34,732 nt of DNA from positions 1 to 34,732 of the forward strand of contig CAYFVA010000002.1 in assembly GCA_964346265.1 (NCBI GenBank), written 5' to 3'. This DNA is from an uncultured Desulfobacterales bacterium. GTDB taxonomy: Bacteria; Desulfobacterota; Desulfobacteria; Desulfobacterales; Desulfobacteraceae. How positions within the stretch are numbered: position 1 is the first letter of the stretch; every line of letters begins with the position of its first letter. The notes under the pieces were generated by a model, which was not told where the DNA came from, did no database searches, and worked only from the letters and a program-made list of their open reading frames with translations. The translations under genes and the position numbers were made by a program. Shown here in pieces: positions 9,406 to 16,323 of this stretch.

Positions 9406-10332
9406 ATGACCGAACTTCTGTCCACCAGAGAGGTGGCCCGGTTTCTTAAAATCAACGAGAAGATGGTGTATACCCTGATCAACGAAAAGGGACTGCCTGC
9501 CACCAAGGTCACCGGGAAGTGGCTTTTTCCCCTGGATCTGGTCAGGCAGTGGGTGGAGGCCGGGACGGTGAACTACCCCGATGCCATGCGGCAGCTTCCT
9601 CCCTGGCACGGACTGGTGCTGATCTGCGGCAGCAATGATCTGCTGCTGGATCAGATGGTCAGCATGTATAACGACCGGTTTGAAAACCACCTGGCCATGT
9701 TTGGTTTTGCCGGAAGCATGGGCGGGATTATGGCGTTGAAACAGAACCGCTGCCACATTGCCTCCAGCCACCTGGTCTCGGAGGACAGCGAATACAACTT
9801 TCCGTTCATATCCGAAGAGATGAATCAGATGCCTGCGGTGGTAAACTTGTGTAAGAGGGAGCAGGGCATTGTGACGGCAAAGGGCAATCCATTGAACATA
9901 CGGTCGGTGGAAGATCTGGCCGACGGCAGGGCCGCGTTTGCCAACAGGGGGCTTTCCACAGGAACGAGAAAGCTTTTTGACAGGGAGCTGAAAAAAGCGG
10001 GTATTGAACCGGCCCGGATCAAGGGGTATGAAAATGTGGTGCCGAAACATCTGGATGCCGGTTTCGAGGTGTTGTCCGGCAGGGCGGATGCCGCCTTCTG
10101 CATTAAACCGGTGGCGGCGATGCTCGGACTTGATTTTATCAGTGTATGCCGTGAGCGTTTTGATCTGTTGATCTCCAAGGATCGGTTTTTCGACAAGGGG
10201 ATTCAGCTCTTTTTAGGGCTGATGAAAGAAGACGGATTCCTGCGGGCGGCGGAAAAACTCAGCGGGTATGACCTGTCCCGATCCGGGGAAATGCTGTATC
10301 CGGATAAGGACGAGTTCTCGGAAACCGAATGA
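9406..10332 (+). CDS. Excisionase-type HTH fused to a periplasmic-binding-protein-like (molybdate/tungstate-binding type) domain; TunR/COG1910-like regulator
   Basis: The N-terminus LLSTREVARFLKINEKMVYTLINEKGLPATKVTGKWLFPLDLVRQWV is a typical excisionase/MerR-like HTH. The C-terminal ~230 aa show PBP-like alternation (ICGSNDLLL...GGIMALKQNRCHIASSHL...FANRGLSTGTRKLFD). A GGAGG Shine-Dalgarno sequence precedes the ATG. Confidence 0.65.
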   Translation: MTELLSTREVARFLKINEKMVYTLINEKGLPATKVTGKWLFPLDLVRQWVEAGTVNYPDAMRQLPPWHGLVLICGSNDLLLDQMVSMYNDRFENHLAMFGFAGSMGGIMALKQNRCHIASSHLVSEDSEYNFPFISEEMNQMPAVVNLCKREQGIVTAKGNPLNIRSVEDLADGRAAFANRGLSTGTRKLFDRELKKAGIEPARIKGYENVVPKHLDAGFEVLSGRADAAFCIKPVAAMLGLDFISVCRERFDLLISKDRFFDKGIQLFLGLMKEDGFLRAAEKLSGYDLSRSGEMLYPDKDEFSETE

Positions 10333-10336
10333 TGGT

Positions 10337-10373
10337 ACAAGAGACAGGACACGTCTTTTTTCTTGTCTCTTGT
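10337..10373. terminator. Hairpin between the convergent regulator gene and alr (candidate bidirectional terminator)
   Basis: ACAAGAGACA (10337-10346) pairs perfectly with TGTCTCTTGT (10364-10373). The loop contains a T6 run. The flanks are T-rich on the plus strand. Confidence 0.4.
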
Positions 10374-10381
10374 TTCAAGTT

Positions 10382-11539
10382 TCAAGTCTCTTGCAAATAT
10401 ACCCTTGGAACACGATCGGTGAGTGCCGACACCACCTCGTAATTGATGGTGCCGATCCGGTGGGCGATTTCATCGGCCGTGATTTCTTCATTTCCCTGTT
10501 TTCCCATGAGCATCACCTCGTCGCCCGGGGATACGTTTTCCATATCTCCCAGATCAATCATGGTCTGGTCCATGCAGACCCGGCCGGCGATGGGGACTCT
10601 GTGTCCCTTGACCAGCATGAATCCGTTGGAGGAATTGTGCCGGGAAAACCCGTCCGCATATCCCGCCGGAACAGAAGCAAGACAGGTTTGAGAGAAAGTG
10701 GTATAGGTCATGCCGTAACTGACCCGGAAACCTTTGGGCACACGGCGCACCGAGGTGATGGCGGCGGCAATCTCCATTGCGGGTTTCAGTTCAGCCGTTG
10801 AGTGATCTACTTCCGGCGAGGGATAGAGACCGTAAAGAGAGATGCCGGCCCGGACCATGTCGAAATGGGAGTCAGGCACGTCAATGATACCGGCACTGTT
10901 GGCCGCATGTACGCAGTCGAATCTGATGTGCTTTGCATCCAGCTCTTCCAGAAACCGGTGGAAATGGTCCAGCTGGGACCGGGTGTAGGTTTTGTCCCTG
11001 CTGTCCGCCGCTGCAAAATGGGTGTAGATGCCTTCCATGTCGAGACCCGGAAGTTCGCGGATATCACGGACCTCTTCAGCGGCAGCCTCCTGTTCATCTC
11101 CCGCCGGCCGCAACCCGGGCGTCAAAAGGCCGACCCTGCCCATACCGGTGTCCACCTTCAGGTGGGCCCGGACGATGACACCATTTTCCACGGCAGCATC
11201 CGACAGTTCTTTTGCGGACTGCTTTCCGTACACCGTTGCAGTAAGATTGTTGTCCGCCAGAAGATTTACTGCCTGGGCGGGAACATACCCGAATACCAGG
11301 ATCGGGGCGGATATTTCCGCAAGTCTCAGTTCAACAGCCTCTTCCAGCCGGGCCACTCCGAGACGGTCCGCCCCTGCGTCGAGGGATCTGCGCGCCACGG
11401 GTACGGCACCGTGCCCGTACCCATCCGCCTTGACCACGGCCATGAACCGCGTGCCCTTTTTTGTGAGGTCTTTGAGCTGCTTTACGTTGTGCGCAATAGC
11501 GTTGAGATTGATCCTTGCTTCAATCAGATTCAGTTCCAT
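10382..11539 (-). CDS. alr: Alanine racemase
   Basis: FMAVVKADGYGHGAVPVA shows the PLP-Lys context, followed by ...HLKVDTGMGRVG...THFA.AD... and ...VSYG.TY...PAGYADG...VCMDQ. I prefer the ATG at 11539 because an AAGGA sequence lies 5 nt upstream. The track start at 11545 is directly abutted by that Shine-Dalgarno sequence. Confidence 0.9.
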   Translation of the reverse strand: MELNLIEARINLNAIAHNVKQLKDLTKKGTRFMAVVKADGYGHGAVPVARRSLDAGADRLGVARLEEAVELRLAEISAPILVFGYVPAQAVNLLADNNLTATVYGKQSAKELSDAAVENGVIVRAHLKVDTGMGRVGLLTPGLRPAGDEQEAAAEEVRDIRELPGLDMEGIYTHFAAADSRDKTYTRSQLDHFHRFLEELDAKHIRFDCVHAANSAGIIDVPDSHFDMVRAGISLYGLYPSPEVDHSTAELKPAMEIAAAITSVRRVPKGFRVSYGMTYTTFSQTCLASVPAGYADGFSRHNSSNGFMLVKGHRVPIAGRVCMDQTMIDLGDMENVSPGDEVMLMGKQGNEEITADEIAHRIGTINYEVVSALTDRVPRVYLQET

Positions 11540-11548
11540 ACACATCCT

Positions 11549-12271
11549 TTATCGAATCGTGCATTTTTGTACATACCTCGCTGCGATGTCTCTTAATCGA
11601 ACCATTTCCGCGTCCGTAAAAAAACGGGTTTCATCTTCTAAAAACGAAGGGTCCAGTACCGTTACATTCCGGCTGCACTGCTGGAGAATATAATGATCCG
11701 CTTCCCTGATCATGGTCCCGATTTCATGCATGATGTCCTCGCTTAGGAAGGGTCTGACGCATGTGGTACGGAATTCGTAAGCCGGCGCCTTTTCCATGAG
11801 AAGCCGGATGCTCTTTTTTACGGCGGAAAGGGAAACTTCTTTCCCGGCTGCTTCTGTATACAGGCCCGGCCCGCTTTTTATATCCATGGCCACATAATCG
11901 GCAAGGCCTTTTGACAGAAGATTTTCCACCACATCGGGAAAACTGCCGTTGGTGTCGATCTTGACGGCGTATCCCATGGACTTGGCGTTCTTGCAGAATC
12001 GAACGAGTCCGGGTTGAAGACACGGCTCTCCACCCGAGATCACCACGGCTTCAAGCATCCCCTTTCGTTTTTCCAGAAAGGCCGAAATCTCCTCTTCGGA
12101 AACTTCCCCGCCCCGGTTGCGGGGCGGGGGCTGAACCAGACCCGGATTGTGGCAGAAGGGACACCGGAAGTTGCACCCGGATGTGAACACCACGCAGGAT
12201 ATTCTTCCCGGGTAGTCAATAAAGGAGTTTTTGGTCAGGCCGCCTATTGCAAGTTCCGTTTCGATGATCAG
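11549..12271 (-). CDS. nrdG: Anaerobic ribonucleoside-triphosphate reductase activating protein (radical SAM)
   Basis: VVFTSGCNFRCPFCHNP (CxxxCxxC cluster) ...VISGGEPCLQ... The track ORF starts at GTG 12193. The same frame stays open upstream and encodes the conserved GGLTKNSFIDYPGRISC segment. The only candidate starts there are CTG at 12271 and ATC at 12268/12265, which overlap the nrdD stop. The 5' end is therefore uncertain. Confidence 0.8.
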   Translation of the reverse strand: MIIETELAIGGLTKNSFIDYPGRISCVVFTSGCNFRCPFCHNPGLVQPPPRNRGGEVSEEEISAFLEKRKGMLEAVVISGGEPCLQPGLVRFCKNAKSMGYAVKIDTNGSFPDVVENLLSKGLADYVAMDIKSGPGLYTEAAGKEVSLSAVKKSIRLLMEKAPAYEFRTTCVRPFLSEDIMHEIGTMIREADHYILQQCSRNVTVLDPSFLEDETRFFTDAEMVRLRDIAARYVQKCTIR

Positions 12272-14358
12272 GCCACCTTGAAGGTTTTGCGCATTTCAAA
12301 CTCGGTCTGCTTGCCGTTGTTCCACTGCTTGACCGGCCGCAGGTATCCCACGACCCTGGAGTATACTTCGGTTTCCCCGCCGCACTTTTCACAGGTGTAG
12401 TGCTCTCCGGATATGTATCCGTGGGAGGGGCAGACACTGAAGGTCGGGGTCAGTGTGAAGTAGGGCAGTTTGTAGTTGTTGGCCACTTTTTTGACCATGT
12501 TTTTTACCGTTTCCACTTCCCCGATTTCTTCCCCGGTGAAGAGGTGCAGCACGGTTCCCCCTGTGTACCGGGTCTGAAGATTGTCCTGCAGATCAAGGGC
12601 CTCGAACACATCGTCGGTGTAGTTCACCGGCAGGTGAGTGGAGTTTGTGTAGAAGGGATCTTTGCCCTCGCGGTATGCAGACTCGTTGGCGCAGATGATA
12701 TCGGCGTATTTTCCCTTGTCCATCATGGCGAACCGGTAGGTGGTCCCTTCGGCCGGGGTCGCTTCCAGGTTGAATATTTCTCCGGTCTCTTCCTGGATAG
12801 CCTCCATTTTTTCCCGGATATGGTCCATGACCTTGATCGAGAAGGCCTGTGCGGTGTCGGTTCCGATGTCCTCTCCCAGGAAGTTCAGGCAGGCTTCGTT
12901 CATTCCCAGAAGGCCGATGGTGGAAAAATGGTTTTTCCAATAGTATCCGGAGCTCTCTTTCACTTTTCTCAGGTAGAACATGGAGTACGGATAGAGTTCT
13001 CCTTCTGTGAATCTTTCCAGAATTTTCCGCTTGATGACAAGGGAGTCGGCAGCGGTATGGATCAGCTCGTCCAGCCGTTCCATGAAATCGTTTTCATCGG
13101 TTGAGAGGTACCCGATTCTCGGCAGGTTCAGCGTGACCACCCCGATGGAGCCGGTAAGCGGGTTTGCACCGAAAAGACCGCCGCCCCGTTTCTTCAGCTC
13201 CCGGTTGTCTAATCTCAGCCGGCAGCACATGGACCGGGCGTCTTCCGGTGACATGTCCGAGTTCACAAAGTTGGAAAAGTATGGAGTGCCGTATTTCCCG
13301 GTCATTTTCCAGACATGCTCAAGGTTGGGATTGTCCCAGTCAAAATCTTCGGTGATGTTGTAGGTGGGGATGGGAAAAGTAAAGACCCGTCCTTTTGCAT
13401 CCCCTTCCATCATGACCTCTGCAAACGCGTCGTTGATCACGTCCATTTCGTGCTGGAACCCGCCATAGGTTTCCTGCCGGTATTCCCCGCCGATGATCAC
13501 CGGCGAATCCTTTAAAATGGAGGGGACGTTGAGGTCCATGGTAATGTTGGTGAACGGCGTCTGGAACCCGACTCTGGTGGGGATGTTGATATTGAACACA
13601 AATTCCTGGAGCGCTTGTTTGACCTCTTTGCGGGTCAGGTTGTCTTCCCGTACGAACGGGGCGAGCAGGGTGTCGAAATTGGACATGGCCTGGGCGCCGG
13701 CCGCTTCTCCCTGGAGGGTGTAAAAGAAGTTCACGATCTGGCCCAAGGCGCTTCTGAAGTGTTTCGGCGGCGCACTCTCCACCTTCCCGGCCACGCCTTT
13801 GAATCCTTCCAAAAGGAGGTCCTGCAGATCCCAGCCCACGCAGTATACGGACAGAAGGCTTAAATCATGGATATGGATATCCCCTGCGTAATGGGCGTCC
13901 CGGACTTCCGGGGGGTAGATCCGGTTGAGCCAGTATTCAGCGGTGATATCCGAGGAGATAAAGTTGTTCAGCCCCTGGAGGGAATAGCTCATGTTGCTGT
14001 TTTCCTTGACTTTCCAGTCCATCCGGCTGAGATAGCTGTCCATGAGATCCACGTTTTCCTTGACCGCTATTTTCCGCAGCTGGTTGTGCTGTTCCCGGTA
14101 GATAATGTATGCCTTGGCGGTTTTGTAAAACGGGGAATCCAGAAGCACTCTTTCCACGATGTCCTGTATTTCCTCCACCTCGGGAACCGGTCCGAGTTTC
14201 AGGTCCCTTGCAAGGGTGATCACCTTCAGGGTCATCTTTTGGGCCTCCCGGCCGTTAAATTCCCCTGTGGCTTCTCCGGCCTTGGCAATTGCCTCACTGA
14301 TTTTGGAGGAATCGAATTCAACAATTCTGCCGTCGCGCTTTGTAATTTGATCAAACAT
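12268..14358 (-). CDS. nrdD: Anaerobic ribonucleoside-triphosphate reductase (class III), with N-terminal ATP-cone
   Basis: The ATP-cone reads ITKRDGRIVEFDSSKISEAI. The C-terminal zinc-ribbon and glycyl-radical region reads CPSHGYISGEHYTCEKCGGETEVYSRVVGYLRPV. I chose the ATG at 14358 because an AAGGAG lies 7 nt upstream, rather than the track start at 14382. Confidence 0.92.
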   Translation of the reverse strand: MFDQITKRDGRIVEFDSSKISEAIAKAGEATGEFNGREAQKMTLKVITLARDLKLGPVPEVEEIQDIVERVLLDSPFYKTAKAYIIYREQHNQLRKIAVKENVDLMDSYLSRMDWKVKENSNMSYSLQGLNNFISSDITAEYWLNRIYPPEVRDAHYAGDIHIHDLSLLSVYCVGWDLQDLLLEGFKGVAGKVESAPPKHFRSALGQIVNFFYTLQGEAAGAQAMSNFDTLLAPFVREDNLTRKEVKQALQEFVFNINIPTRVGFQTPFTNITMDLNVPSILKDSPVIIGGEYRQETYGGFQHEMDVINDAFAEVMMEGDAKGRVFTFPIPTYNITEDFDWDNPNLEHVWKMTGKYGTPYFSNFVNSDMSPEDARSMCCRLRLDNRELKKRGGGLFGANPLTGSIGVVTLNLPRIGYLSTDENDFMERLDELIHTAADSLVIKRKILERFTEGELYPYSMFYLRKVKESSGYYWKNHFSTIGLLGMNEACLNFLGEDIGTDTAQAFSIKVMDHIREKMEAIQEETGEIFNLEATPAEGTTYRFAMMDKGKYADIICANESAYREGKDPFYTNSTHLPVNYTDDVFEALDLQDNLQTRYTGGTVLHLFTGEEIGEVETVKNMVKKVANNYKLPYFTLTPTFSVCPSHGYISGEHYTCEKCGGETEVYSRVVGYLRPVKQWNNGKQTEFEMRKTFKVA

Positions 14359-14430
14359 CAATGTACTCCTTGAAATCTGCATGGATTTATAGTAGTTTTT
14401 GTCAGAGCCTGATTCATACTGTATATTTTA

Positions 14431-14481
14431 TGAATAAACAATATATAGAACTGTGTCAAGAAAAAAATCTATATATTGTAG
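14431..14481 (-). promoter_or_regulatory. Candidate nrdD promoter with two NrdR-box-like palindromes
   Basis: The minus strand has TTGACA (14459-14454), a 17-nt spacer, then TATTCA (14436-14431). Two ATATAT-centred imperfect palindromes, AAACAATATATAGAAC (14436-14451) and AATCTATATATTGTAG (14466-14481), each match about 11 of 16 positions of the remembered NrdR box acaCaAtATaTtGtgt. Their centres are about 30 bp apart, and one fills the -35/-10 spacer. Confidence 0.45.
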
Positions 14482-14557
14482 TTTTAATCCAAAAAAAAAT
14501 TATCGCAGCGTCCCATAAGAAAACTGTGCCGGGAATGAAAAAATATAAGAGAGACCA

Positions 14558-14806
14558 ATGAAACTTGAAAAACATCCTTTTTTCCGCAAAGTGATCACGC
14601 CCTGGTATGATTCCGACCCGGTTTGCTGGACCATTGCGGTCCTTTCGTTTGTGGTGTCCGCTTTTTCCGCTGTCGGTGTCAAGGTTTCGATCCAGGTCCA
14701 AGGGTACCTTGGATATACCTGGCTTCCCCTGCTTCTGGCAGCCCTGTCTTTTTTTCTTTTCCTTAAAATCGTGATACGGGTCACAAAACGCAGGAAGACT
14801 CATTGA
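14558..14806 (+). CDS. Small membrane protein, two predicted TM helices (hypothetical)
   Basis: 82 aa. There are two hydrophobic stretches (WTIAVLSFVVSAFSAVGV and TWLPLLLAALSFFLFLKIVI) and a basic C-terminus. The Shine-Dalgarno sequence is weak, and no family is recognised. Confidence 0.45.
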   Translation: MKLEKHPFFRKVITPWYDSDPVCWTIAVLSFVVSAFSAVGVKVSIQVQGYLGYTWLPLLLAALSFFLFLKIVIRVTKRRKTH

Positions 14807-15395
14807 GCTCGGCGGTTATGATCTCCATTAAGTGGTGGATGATCTTGGCTGTGACTCCCCATATGACAAGTTCCCTGTACGGGTAGGTGAGTTCTTCGAT
14901 CCCCACCGTTCTCCGGCAAAAGCCTTTTTCCGCATGAAGATGCAACAGGTGCTGAACCGGGATTTCAATGACACGGGAAATTTCATCAGGGTCTGGTGTG
15001 ATCCGGTCTTTTCTGTTCCAGATCCCGACATAGGCTTTGATTTCCGTGTGGTTGATGGTGAGAAAATGGCCGATGGAACCGATCAGATCCACATTTTCCG
15101 GCCGGATCCCCATCTCTTCGCAAAGCTCCCGCAAGGCGGTTTCCCGGCGGTCCTTGTCCGACTGCTCCGTGTGACCGCCCGGGAACGCCATCTGTCCCCG
15201 CCACGGATATCCTTTTTTATCGGCTTTTTCAATGAAAAGAAGATGAGGGGTTTCGAGGGCGGAAATCAGGGCGGTTACACTGGCAGGCCTGAGAGACGCA
15301 TCACCGGGCGGCACGGGATGGGAGGACCGGTTTACGGCGTTTTTGACAAGTGCGTGCCAGTTTTCAAGTTTCATTAAAAGCTCCGGATAATTCAT
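14781..15395 (-). CDS. Nudix hydrolase, CoA pyrophosphatase-like
   Basis: Nudix box GGHTEQSDKDRRETALRELCEEMGI (G-x5-E-x7-REUxEExGU), preceded by FPGG. The internal ATG at 15395 (MNYPELL...) is preferred over the track start. Confidence 0.8.
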   Translation of the reverse strand: MNYPELLMKLENWHALVKNAVNRSSHPVPPGDASLRPASVTALISALETPHLLFIEKADKKGYPWRGQMAFPGGHTEQSDKDRRETALRELCEEMGIRPENVDLIGSIGHFLTINHTEIKAYVGIWNRKDRITPDPDEISRVIEIPVQHLLHLHAEKGFCRRTVGIEELTYPYRELVIWGVTAKIIHHLMEIITAELNESSCVL

Positions 15396-15409
15396 TGAAT
15401 AGGCAGGGC

Positions 15410-15437
15410 TTGACCTTTTCTGCCACAATAGTAGAAT
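15410..15437 (+). promoter_or_regulatory. Candidate sigma-70 promoter for trmO
   Basis: TTGACC (15410-15415), a 16-nt spacer, then TAGAAT (15432-15437), about 65 nt upstream of the trmO ATG. Confidence 0.4.
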
Positions 15438-15502
15438 ATATAGGGTTTGCATCTGAATTGCAAACAGCGGCTTTTTACTGACAAGAAAAAGGAAAAAATC
15501 CA

Positions 15503-15979
15503 GTGGCGCACATGGAAACCATCGGAACTATCCGCTCCCCGTTTACACGAATCGAGGACATGCCGATCCAGCCCACAGGGGCCGGTGACACCAGGGGAAG
15601 CGTGGAAGTCGTCAAAACGTACTCGGAAGGATTGAAGGATCTGTCCGGGTTCAGTCATATCTATCTGCTGTATTTGTTTCACAAGGCCGGCCGGATGAGC
15701 CTGACGGTGACGCCGTTCATGGACACCGCCGAGAGGGGGGTATACGCCACCCGGTCGCCGTTGCGGCCCAATCATATCGGCATATCCATTGTCCGGCTTC
15801 TGTCGGTGGAAGACAATATCCTTACCATCGAGGGGGTGGATGTGCTGGACGGCACACCCTTGATCGATATCAAACCGTATATTGAAAATTTCGACCGGGT
15901 GGAAAACAGTACCTCCGGCTGGATGACTGCGGGCCGGGACGAGGTGGCGAAAATACGCTCCGACGGAAGATTCGGGTAA
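15503..15979 (+). CDS. trmO: tRNA (N6-threonylcarbamoyladenosine(37)-N6)-methyltransferase TrmO (TsaA/YaeB family)
   Basis: IGTIRSPF...FSHIYLLYLFH...ATRSPLRPNHIGISIVRLLSVEDNILTIEGVDVLDGTPLIDIKPYI is the characteristic TsaA-like pattern. Confidence 0.85.
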   Translation: MAHMETIGTIRSPFTRIEDMPIQPTGAGDTRGSVEVVKTYSEGLKDLSGFSHIYLLYLFHKAGRMSLTVTPFMDTAERGVYATRSPLRPNHIGISIVRLLSVEDNILTIEGVDVLDGTPLIDIKPYIENFDRVENSTSGWMTAGRDEVAKIRSDGRFG

Positions 15980-16008
15980 ACGATTGGTGGTTTCAAACCA
16001 AGGGCTTT

Positions 16009-16030
16009 GCAACCGGTTGTCACCGGTTGC
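16009..16030 (+). terminator. Stem-loop 30 nt downstream of trmO (candidate terminator, no U-tract)
   Basis: GCAACCGGT, loop tgtc, ACCGGTTGC: a perfect 9-bp stem with a 4-nt loop. It is followed by GATGAAAACA, so it is not a canonical intrinsic terminator. Confidence 0.3.
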
Positions 16031-16240
16031 GATGAAAACACGGATGGGTTCCCGGCAAGTATGAATCCGTATCTCTGCAGGCCCGGCCTGTCACCGTCAT
16101 GTCAAGAAGCCCGCTTCCCGGGTGCTCGCTGATTATTTCACTTTCCCGGATACGCTTTCCGCCCCTTTTGAGAGGAAAGAAGATCCCGGGAGCGGACTTT
16201 CAAAGAGCTTTCTGAAACCTCTAAGCAACGGCATTTTTGA

Positions 16241-16275
16241 TGCAAAGGGAGGAGTATGAGATTCCTCCCTTTGCA
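16241..16275. other. Perfect 13-bp stem-loop in the trmO/putP convergent spacer
   Basis: TGCAAAGGGAGGA (16241-16253), a 9-nt loop, then TCCTCCCTTTGCA (16263-16275). The T5 run lies 5' of the stem on the plus strand, so there is no proper U-tail on either strand. Confidence 0.4.
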
Positions 16276-16323
16276 CAAGCAGGCATCGTTTCGGGACCTT
16301 GTTATAAGTTCCCGGGCCCGGAG

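Noticed and set aside
9265-11596. Long antisense ORFs 9265..10050 (-), 10268..10801 (+), 10802..11596 (+) and 11028..11693 (+).
   Set aside because: They lie opposite the TunR-like gene or alr/nrdG, which have strong family motifs. Their Arg/Pro/Gly-rich composition is typical of non-coding frames.
14361-14561. A 66-aa plus-strand ORF in the AT-rich nrdD upstream region.
   Set aside because: It has AT-rich, low-complexity Ile/Lys/Tyr composition and no Shine-Dalgarno sequence. It also overlaps the candidate nrdD promoter and NrdR boxes, so it is more plausibly non-coding.
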